A DNA stretch of 64,000 nucleotides from Blasia pusilla. Its lineage: Eukaryota. Shown piece after piece: positions 51,330-61,640 of the stretch. The stretch's first letter is position 1. Each line of letters starts with the position of its first letter. The position numbers and the translations under genes were made by a program. The stretch spans positions 47,120,001 through 47,184,000 of the forward strand of contig CM114271.1 of NCBI GenBank assembly GCA_050084515.1. The letters are read 5' to 3'. The notes below the pieces were generated by a model, which worked only from the letters and a program-made list of their open reading frames with translations, did not search any database and had not been told where the DNA came from.

Positions 51330-52265
51330 ATGTCAAGCAATTCAGGTTCATCGCGTGACCCAAGACATGGCGTCGTGATGCCTCTGATACTAACGGGACT
51401 GCCGTCACTCCAGGGGAAAATCCCATCGCCCGCTCTCTCTTGTTGGCATTGGGCTCCACCAACCTCTAAACCAGGTCATCCCAAACCAAGCCAGGATCGG
51501 CCTCCTTGTATGCATGGGAAGCGGGAAAACTCACAAACGTGGGAAAGGCTGCCCGCGGCTTGCCTACCCTGTTGACCATAGTCAACGGTGGTCGATCATT
51601 GTGCCTCATTGCTTGTGATCGCCGACCTGGATCCAGAATGGAATCCACTAACAAATGGGAGGGTCGCTCCACTCTTGCATACGCCCTCCGTAACACCGCA
51701 TGGGGCACCAAGTTGGTCCACCATAGACGTAGGCGATGGGCTCTAGAAACTACACTCGCCGCATCCAAGAACACTGCAGGGCCAATCCAACACACACCTG
51801 ATGAGCACTTGTCACCACTCGTGACCTAGAGTCTCCTAAGATGGGCACATTCTCCAGAATGTAGGCTGGAGAATGAGACTGATGCTCTTGCAACTGCCGT
51901 AAGACCCTCAACATCTCCCAAAACAACCTGGAACAAGTATCAGCCAACCCGCTGCCTCGTTGAGCACTCGATTGGCCCTAACATGGCCAACCAGAAATGA
52001 CCAAATCAATGGTCCCTACCCGCTCTAAGTCCTGCGCCCCCAACAACGAAATATCCCTCGGTAGGGAACTCTGGTATCCCTGTACTGCGGACGCAGACAA
52101 TAAGTCGGGAAAACGTAGGCGTAATTGCGCCACATGTCATAGTGAGACGCGCCTCGCAACATCATCACTCTCCATATACAGGTATTTTTGTACTTGCACT
52201 CCTGCCTGCAAAACATCAGCTAACCCGGTGCTAATCCCTCCAAAGAGATCAACACTCGAATACCC
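51330..52265 (-). pseudogene. C5 DNA methyltransferase domain (copy 2)
   Basis: DLFGGISTG, GWPC, SRLFWEMLRVL, YILENV, AHRLRLWWTN; stops and frameshifts. Confidence 0.9.
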
Positions 52266-53699
52266 TCCTCCGGGGTACACCACACAATGGGTGTGGTATC
52301 CAAGGGTGTCATTGTAGCACTCCCTGCTACCTCGGGTTCCTCAGACCCGTCATGCTCCGGTGCAAACGCCTCACTCCACGCGGTTTGCACGTGCTCATCT
52401 GCCAATCGTCGAGGCTCCTCAGTCGAGCCCCATAGCGGCACCTCTCCTCCACGGAATGATGCGGCTATCATAACACTCCTCTCCATAGAAATTTCAGGAA
52501 CATGAGTATCCTCTGCATGGACATGTTCCTCAATCAAATCACTAGGCCAAGTGATGGCACTGCTAAATGCTGCTAAGGTCGCCATCTCTCCTGGCCGTTG
52601 CTCGATCACTACACATATGAATCGAACCGGTAATGAGCTAAGGCGCCCATCACCTGACTGCCATCCTAGTCTGTAGGACGCTGACTCTTCCCACTAATCC
52701 AGGGAAATCCCCATCGGGTATAACACTGCCCCACCAACCAAGACGTCGTAGGACTCTGCATCAGCCACTATCGCCTTGGCTCGCACCATGGACTCATCTG
52801 TAGGATGTCCAGGCCCAATCCTCACCACGACCTCATGTCGGGTGACATACTATGTGGCACTCGCTCCACCCAAGGATGTCTGTATCCGGAATGGACAACA
52901 CTCCACATCGGCCCTCGTCAAGCCCAATCCTCTGAACGACGCTTTCCCCAACATCAGGGGTTGCGCTCCTGAATCCAACAAGACGCGTTGCGGACTAAAA
53001 GATCTACCTCCCGGACTCACCAAGTGGAAGAACTCTCCTCGGTTATCTAGCAACACAACACCAAGATAAGCCATGTCATGCTCTATCGCGGGTCTAGCGG
53101 GCATCTCCGCCATTCTAGCAGCCGCAGCCTGCCATGAATCTGACGTGGACGGCCCGAGCATCCGCTCCAAGGGCAGGTTCATCACCTCCTCCGCAATCAC
53201 CTCTGAACTTGTTGCAAGAACTCCAACTCCACGCTCACATAGCATAACGGCCAGCCAAAAAGACTCGGCGGCATACCCCCCAACGTCATAACATCGAAGC
53301 AGAAAATAAAGGAGCGCGGTACACAATGGTGGCCGCCCCCAACAACGTGCTCGACACATGCCCCTCCTGAGCATCAACAATAGGAGTCGTCGAACTCGCT
53401 TTTCCCATCGCCCTCCGTGCCTGCACACCAACAACGTCACCAACTCTCCAAGAACTCTGATCAAGATCCATCGATGGGATCCTCATCGCCTCAGACAACA
53501 TGAAAGACTGAGGAAGCCTAGTTTGTTTCCTGGCTTCCCCTCGCTATGGATCCAACTCTGCGGCTGCTCCACGAGTCACAACTGCGGCGGCCTCCATCTG
53601 GGCAACCCGGCACATCCAACCAAGATCCTCCATATCTCTAGCTACTCCCTATGATGTCGATGCCACGGATCCGGCATTGGATAATCTCAATGCCATAGC

Positions 53700-55400
53700 G
53701 GAAATCTGCTCCTGTAGCTGATGTATCTGAGCAGCCATCCTAGCCTCACGCCCGGCATCTCCCTTGACGCGTCTAGGTGGTAGGACTCTACCTCCTCCAC
53801 AGCCAGCTCCACCACCCTGTCGGGCAACTCCAGCTCTTCGTTCCCCAATGGGACCACTTGGTGCACGATGTCTACGCCCACCCGGACCGTCTACTCGCTC
53901 TGGTGCCCTCTCTAGTCCTCGGTCCGGACGTAACTCAGGATGTAAACTGAAACACCTGGCGCATGTATGACCATACCTCTGAAAATAGTCACACTGATAA
54001 CCTCCTGGTACAGCACCATCTCCTCTTCCATGCTAAGGCACACGTCCATGACTCTGACGAGTGCAATCGCGCTGATGATGGGCTCCACCACATGACCAAC
54101 AAGTAATAGTAGGCGTCTGCTGGTGAGTGGCATATGAAGACGCGGGTCTCTATGGCACAACCTCCCGGTATCCTCCCTGAGCTCGTGGTGCCATAGTCGA
54201 CCTATCTTGGAGTCCACGTTGCTGCACAAGTCGTGCAGACAACAATCTCGACTGCTCTCGCCAAGAACCCATGGTGGCTACGCTCTCCTCTGCCATGTTG
54301 CGCTCAATGTTCTCGGCGGTTCTAAAAAAATCTCTCAACGTAAGGGAGGTGTTCATAAGAAGCACCCCTTCCCGCACCCGTGTTCGCAAGGTCCGGTTCA
54401 GCATTGCGTACCATGACTGGATAGCCTGAGCCTCTGTCACCCCCTGAGTGATGTAGATCAACCGGCGCAAGCAAGTGTAAGCCTCACGCAAAATCTCACC
54501 CGGGCGCCTCTGGAAGTCGTGGATGCTCCGCAACTTCTTTGTCTGTACCCCTTGGTAGCTCGCCCTCAACTCAGCAAAGAACTCAACCACGGGGTTGAAC
54601 CTAGGACGAACCCGACTAGATGGTGCAACTGCTCCAATGCAAGTAACCCCTCCTAAAACATCACTAGTGGAAGACGAAGTAGCCTCTCCTAACTCCTCCT
54701 CCTCGTCTGGGAATGGCTCTGTCCATGATACGTAATGTGGGTCGTAGTAGAGTCGCCATGCCTCAATCTCCTAGGCATATCTGTAGGAGAACTCATGGTA
54801 ATCGTCCATGGGTGCCCCCTCTAAATGTTGGAACATACCGTTCCATGCTATAAACGGATTGAACTCTCTAGATTTCCTAGCCCACTGTGAGTCACATCAA
54901 CTCCTAAACTCCGCAATGAAGTCGTGTAGCTCTATGGTGCCGACAGTACCCGAAAACCAACGCGGTCCCCTTCCCCGGTCGTCCATCTCGTACGCCCAAC
55001 TAGTAGGACCACTCAATGTGTACGGTGGATCACCAACACACTCCTCTACATGCTGCCCCTCGTCTGAAGACGACACAAAAGGAGATCGAGGTGGTCTCTC
55101 ACGTGGAGACCCTCGAAACCTCGCACCACTCCGCATAACCCTCCAGAGCTACTCTCAGGTCCACTACCTCGCCTGAAAGGACGCCGTGAAAATCCGGAAA
55201 GGCCTTCGTGATGGCCTGAAAGGATGCCGTGATGGCCCTCGTGCCCCTCTCACACGATCACTCTCAACCTCGCGAGTAATCCCTCAATCACTCATCCCAA
55301 ATATGCGGCACTCGATCTACACTCTCCCTCCCCAAGACGTGTAACGTGCGGCAACAAGCGGCGTGGTGCGGCAAATCGACCAGGCTATCATCTCATCGAC
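53700..55400 (-). pseudogene. Gag (copy 2)
   Basis: Colinear with 17780-19400; degenerate zinc knuckle CDYFQRYGHTCARC near 53950-53992. Confidence 0.78.
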
Positions 55401-55906
55401 AACCTACCCTCAACTCCGGACATCCCACACAGGTCTCTCTACCCTAAACCACATACATAAATGATGCTCTCAACATCCACACAACCCAAGATCCCCAAAT
55501 AAACTACCCAAATCCCAGAATCCCTCATGCATGTAGGGTAAAGGACCACAATGGGTAACCTGAACACATGTTGATGTCGCTCCTCAACAACTGCAAATCT
55601 CAACCCCAACTCGGTCGTGGAGACAAACTCCTCAAACAAAAAAAACACAATCAGCTCCACAATGACGGTGCGGCTCCGCGATCGAGACGGTGCGGTGCGG
55701 CCAAGAGCGGCACGGCGCGGCAATCGGCGGTGCGTTGCGGTTACGGGCGTCACGTCATGGTACTCAATCTTCGTGGAACGGCTACCAACTCAAAACATAG
55801 TAATGCGGCTAGAAAACTTGGACCCCATAAATCACTGGGTCACACGTCGTCTAGAGTAGTACTCCACTCGGTCGACGGAAGCTTGACAGGTAATGGGCCA
55901 GTTGAC

Positions 55907-56233
55907 GGGTTGGAGGGCATGGCGAAGGGTTGACGTCTTGGCGAAGGGTTGATGGCCAGGCGAAGGGTTGACGGCTTGGCAAAGGGTTGACGGTCTCGCC
56001 GAAGGGTTAACAATCTGGCCGAAGGGTTGACGTCCTGGAGAAGGGTTGACGACATGGCGACAGGTTGACGTCGTGGAGACGGGTGGACGGCCTGGTGACG
56101 GGTTGACGTCCTGGCGACGGGTTGACGGCCTAGCGACGGGTTGACGGCCTGGTAACGGGTTGACGGCCTGGCCAAAGGGTTGACGTCTTGGCAACGGGTT
56201 GACGGCCTAGCGACGGGTTGGTGGTCTGGCCGA
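55907..56233. repeat. Minisatellite, ~17 copies of a 19-20-bp unit, in the leader of copy 2
   Basis: Consensus GGGTTGACGGCCTGGCGAA/C repeated head to tail. Confidence 0.93.
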
Positions 56234-57082
56234 TGGCGACGGCGACGGCACCGCCAATGGCGGCTGCTGCTTTAGGGTTTTGATTTTTACCCTAAAATTG
56301 GATGTTACAAAATTGGCTATAACTTTCTGCTCAAAATTCAAATTGTGCACTCTTTATTGCACAACGTGCACAGCTTCACGATCTACGATGGCGTCAAAAA
56401 ATATTTGGAATTGGACATTCCAATAAAAACTTACAAGGACTGTCGTAAAGCCCAATGTCTCTTTCTCCTACACAGAATTTAGCAGCGCTTCCGCGCTGAT
56501 TTCTCCCAACAAAAATGTAAAACCTGTAAAAATACAAAGTAACAAGCTACATGGTGCTCCCGAGAGCACCGGCATGGGGCAACCTTCCCCCATACTCAAT
56601 CCCTATCAAAAATTGGGCAGCGCTTCCGCGTGCCACTCTTCTACACGAGAAATCGGCAAATGCAAAGAACAATCAAAGCAGCCCTTGGTCCGGCGAGCAC
56701 TCCCATGAGCCGCTGAATGGGGAACACGGTCCCCAACCTGAAAAAACAACGAGTGACCAGCCAGCTCCCCCATGAAGCTCTCTCATTCTCTCATTCTCTC
56801 TTTGTAAAGCAAGATCCAATCTCCCTCTACACCATCTCACACTATAGCTCTCAAAGGTGTGCACTCTCTCTCATGTCAAACCAAACCCACTCTCCTAATG
56901 AGAGGCTTGGATTACACACAAGGCAAGCAAGACGATAGCTCCGACGCCTCATGCCAAGAGGTTCAACAAAGAGAGAATGAGCTCTCAAGCTCTCTCTCTC
57001 TCTCTCTCCTTGAGGTATACCCCTCCCCTCTCCCAAGCTCTCTCCAACCACCCGGATACGAGTATCCGGGTGGTTGAGTCCG

Positions 57083-57526
57083 GCGCAACATCAGGATATA
57101 TGGAGGTATGTGACTATTCGGGGAGGTGGTTATCGACCTACTATCCAGAGGTTTCATCATGGAGACTATGTCTACTTGCAGCAGACGGCACCCACAATGT
57201 TGGATGTAACTGCAGGGCGCACCATCTTGAGAGTGCGTGAGGTTTTGCCATCCGGTGTTCTCTTATTGAAGGGACAAGATGGTATGGTTTGGAAGGACCA
57301 TGCGCATAATTGTACGCCATGTCATCTTCTGAACATTGACGGTACAGCTGATTCGAGCTTAGCAATAGTTCATGCCAACTTGCGGTGTATGTTGTGTGGT
57401 TCCGCCCGTGGTGCAACCACTATGCTAGTCTGTGATGGAGGCTCGAGAGGATGGCATATGGCATGTTTGATGCCACCTCTCACTAGAGTTCCTCAAGGAC
57501 AATGGATGTGTCCTAGATGTAGATAG
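57083..57526 (+). pseudogene. Integrase C-terminus and PHD finger of copy 3
   Basis: FHHGDYVYL...LRCMLCGSARGATTMLVCDGGSRGWHMACLMPPLTRVPQGQWMCPRCR-stop. Confidence 0.9.
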
Positions 57527-57706
57527 AGTAGATAGTTCTACATTCCGACTTGTGTCTGTGACATGGATGACAAGAAGGTGACAAACGATGCGGCCACATG
57601 AGCACCCGACCTTCTTGCTCTTAACGTCCGAGAGATGTATGTCATGGTAGGTAGGGATAGATGGCTATCTGGAGTTAGAGGGACCTAACCACCAGCTAGG
57701 GGGTGG

Positions 57707-58447
57707 ATTGGAGATATTTTGGAACTTCTTGTCTCGTTGTTTGGATGCCATGTCGTGTGTGTTTTGTGTGTGTTCGATGACAGCGATGTATGTTGTGTAG
57801 CGACGTGTATGTGCACAAAAGCTCTCACGTCTTTTAGAATAGATCGGTGAGATCTAGTAAAGCGCCTTTGAGAATATTGGAGGACAGGCACAGTAGGTTG
57901 AGGATGACCTGCTGAGGCCCCGGGAAACCTGAGAGAGTAGGTTTCCCCTTCGTTTCGGCTCATTTGGAGTCATATTGAGAAACTTACTATTTTAGGTAAG
58001 TACTATTTTGAATATATGATCCGTTTTCTATTTTTGATAAGTATCCCTTGACCTCCTACATCATGTCAAGAGCCAAGGAGGTGACTTGGGAGCATAGGTT
58101 ACCGTGGAGAGAGCTGGGGAGAGGGGAGGAGTATACCTCAAGCAAAGAGAGCTTGAGAGCTCATTCTCTCTTTGTTGAACCTCTTGGCATGAGGCGGCGG
58201 AGCTATGGTCTTGTTTGCCTTGTGTGTGTAACCCAAACCTCTCATTAGGAGAGTGGGTTTGGTTTGACTTTGAGAGAGACATGTGAGAGTGCACACATGT
58301 GAGAACTATGGTGTTCTAAGAGAGATTGGATCTTATTTTGATTGTAGATATTTTGGTACTTCTTGTCTCGTTGTTTGGATGCCATGAGTTAGCATGGGTC
58401 ACTGTCACCGAACAGCAAGTTGTGTAGCAATGTGTATGCGCATGACA
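57707..58447 (+). repeat. 3' terminal A-B-A repeat block of copy 3
   Basis: A 57707-57820, B 57823-58340 (matches 36239-36754), A 58341-58447 with internal rearrangement; preceded by G-rich AGGGGGTGG. Confidence 0.9.
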
Positions 58448-58451
58448 ATGA

Positions 58452-61400
58452 AGAAATTGATGAAAATCAACCTTCGAGTTAATCCTTTGTACAGGGATTA
58501 TAAACATCTTATTGAATTGCCAAGTCCTACTTCTGGTCTGGTAGTCCTTCATCCTTCCTCAGTGCAAAGCATACTTAAATTTTCTCAGAAAAAGGCCAAG
58601 TACCTCATAGTATGAACCACAACCCTTACCACCTTGATTTTAACATCCTCCAAGATGTTGCCTATTCAATTCCTATTCAACTTCGAACCTCAATTAATAT
58701 TTTCAACAATAGTAGTATCTGCTTGCGTACTAATGCATTTTTCCGTAATAATCTTCTCACATATGTGTCATGTGCATCACTTGATCCACGTCTAACAATA
58801 GAGGCCGCCTCTTTCCCCTAATTATTCCCTTTCCATTGTGGTTTCTTCATAGGTTCATCCACTTTCTCTGACTATATGCGCTTGAGATCGAGCAAACTAT
58901 TCAATGCATTCTCTTTGTATAAGCCATATCTACTATTGATGTATCAACTATGTCAATCTATTGCATTGTGCTTTACTTCCCAAACGTTTATTCTAAATCA
59001 AGAACTAGACTGACTTCGTAAGAGTAAGCCACATTTATTTGATCAAGATTTATACCACCATTTATCGAAGTATTCGGTTAGTCCTCAACTTCTTGGCAGT
59101 CCATCCTTGCATAGACACTATCTTAAAGACCTGAAACCCATGGTACAAAAATGGGGCATGCCACATTTATTCCTCACCCTAACCTACGACAAAGTTTCTG
59201 CTAGTATGTGGATTGAGTTCAATAAGATAGAAAGAGTACTCTCTAGCTTCAATCCCAACTTCACTTGGTAGGACGTTCCAATCAAATGTGCACAACTATT
59301 TCATACTAGGCTTCATTCCTTCCTCTCTCTGTTTATCATGTTAGGTCCCTAGATCTTGGGTAAGGTTCAAGACTACTTCTTGCATTACGAGTTGCAATGC
59401 AAAGGTAGATTACATTGCCATAGGATTTTGTGGCTCAGTAATGATGTTGTTGAAGGTGTTGCATTTAAGATTTGCTCCTATATTCCAAACCCGAAGCTCA
59501 TTTCCACAAGAACAGTATCATATGCCAACGATATAGACGTAGATAACCTATTGTTGCAGTTGGTTCTACATAAACAATTGCATAGATGCAAAGAAGGCAT
59601 TTGCATTGATACAAAGAAAGACCAACGTTCATGTTGCCAGCTTCGTTTCCTTGCCCCAATGAACTTTACGCCTGAGCTATTCATCGACCCGCTTACTTTG
59701 AGCTACTATAGGCCTTCTGCACAATATCGTAATGTCATTCCATATCATCCTCTCCTATTACTGCTTTGGGAAGCCCATATGAACATTCAACGAGTTACAA
59801 ATGTGGACTCGTCATTTTATTTTCTGAAATATGCTTTGAAATCCAAGCCTACAGGATCATTAAATATCGATACACATTCAACTAAATCCCTCAGACTTGG
59901 TGGACAAGACAAGATTAAGTTACATTTAGTGTTAGGTGTTGTCTTAAATAGATATGTTTCTTCCATAGAGGTTGCACTACCTTCTTTGCAGATCCCAATT
60001 ATTTTTAGATCTCAGGTTGTTCACTATATTGATTGCAATCCACCATCTAGGAAAACATATCTTTACAAATGTGCCTCTATTCCTTGCATTCATCCAACCG
60101 TATTATACACTAATAGACCATTAAGCCTCAACCATCTTATTTTTTCACCTATTGGTCAAATTATGAGATAGTGAAGACATATTCTAAAGTTTCAAATGGT
60201 AGAATTGTCGGCTTGGATAATCTTGGTAATATAGTAAGCAAGACTGAATGGCTAGTTCGATTCACGAAATTTCACCCTTTCCTCCAGTGGAATGAATTTT
60301 CTACCTAGTTCTACTTGAGCATGTCCCATTTAGATTAGATAAATCTCTACAATCATCCATAATCAGCCGGTGGACCTATTTACATGAATCTCGTTTATAA
60401 GATCAGTACTTTGCATTCTGGATTGATTCATATCAAAGGAGCACTTGGTTGTGGCAAGTCTTTCTTCATAAATTTCATGTACAATTATTGGAGGTCCAAG
60501 AACATGTCACCCTTGCTGATAGCCACAATAGGTATTGCTACTGTACGTCTTTACCAAGATGCAACTACTATCCATTCAACTTTCCGTACACATGTACGCG
60601 GTGACCTACCTTCTATGCATGCAACCTTTGATGTATGTGCTAAGCTCAGGTCCGATAAAATAATCTTGGTCAATGAATGTTCTATGTTCACAACTAGGCT
60701 TCTGCAAATTGTGCTTATGCGTATAGATGAAGTTACAAGATGTAGTGCTCAAAATCTGCTTGGCAACAAACTTCTTGTTCTAGTTGGAGACCTCTGCCAG
60801 CTCCCCCCTGTCTCCAACCATAAAGTTTCTGATTTCTGTTGTGGTTGTCACATTAGCTCATCCATATTGTTGCACGATGCTGTATCTTATGAGTTAGTAA
60901 CCCTTGTCAAGCATGATGATCCTACATACTACCAGTTCCTAAGTTCCATAAGATCTACTCTATCTACCCAACATCAGATTGATGAATGCCTAGGACCTTG
61001 CTTCATTTCAGAAAATGAAGCTACAAACTTCATTACCTCAAGTACCATTATAATTTATACACATCGAGATGATGTTTCTTTATTCAATCTTCTCTCCCTT
61101 ATGAGGTTTTTTGGAGATGCTTTTATCGTTGAGGTGAACGTAATGTTTGATGCACCTCAATAACAAGAATTCAATGCTTGGATGAGCAATGATTCCTTCC
61201 ACCAACTTCCATATGTTGCACTCCATTGTCGCGTCATGATTACTTCTAATATCAATATTAGGTGTTAGGCGGCCAATGGCTCCCTTGCAATTGTATCCGA
61301 TCTTTTGTATGAGGATGATGAGCTAGTCTATATAATTTTCATACTTGAGTCTAATGGTGAATCTATTAGAGTAAGTAGGTCCAACTTTTCTACTCTCAAG

Positions 61401-61640
61401 TATGGCTCTAATCTTAAATATATGAAGAGAACATTCCGGCTTCTTTTAGGATATGCCATGACTGCCAATAAGAGTCAGGGTTCAATTGTAAGTGGCAATT
61501 GTCTTCTTGTTGCTATATCCATTTTTGCAATAGGATTAGCCTATGTAATGTTGTCCAGAGTTAAGACACATACCCAACTAAGAATACTAGATAGCCTAGG
61601 TCCCGCTAACTTTGCTCTTTTCGGGCGGACTAGCTCATAG
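58452..61640 (+). mobile_element. Divergent Helitron (Helitron2/Helentron-like) RepHel pseudogene
   Basis: NPLYRD, FP*LFP, GSP, WGMPHLFLTLT, YELQCKGRLHCHRILWL (HUH), PYHPLLLLLWEAHMNIQ, YFLKYALK; helicase GALGCGKS, GDLCQLPPV, YAMTANKSQG, YVMLSRV. Subgroup assignment is tentative. Confidence 0.85.

Larger units (their letters stand above)
47269..57046 (-). mobile_element. DNMT/PHD Gypsy-type retrotransposon copy 2, nested antisense in the integrase of copy 3
   Basis: On + strand: A 47269-47396, B 47397-47908, AC, partial A 47911-47997, then integrase, RNase H, RT (CYIDDIVVF), MTase, protease (LLDSGA), Gag, leader, and truncated B 56806-57046. Confidence 0.93.
36239..58447 (+). mobile_element. 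DNMT/PHD Gypsy-type retrotransposon copy 3 (both ends present, gag deleted, hosts nested inserts)
   Basis: B 36239-36754; protease, MTase, RT, RNase H, integrase, PHD fragments; then A 57707-57820, GC, B 57823-58340, A 58341-58447. TG...CA ends flanked by 4-bp TSD ATGA (36235-36238 and 58448-58451). Confidence 0.9.

Noticed and set aside
55832-56194. Repetitive ORFs over the minisatellite
   Set aside because: By-products of a stop-poor tandem repeat.
55907-56233. CRISPR array
   Set aside because: Head-to-tail degenerate units with no unique spacers; eukaryotic context; no cas genes.
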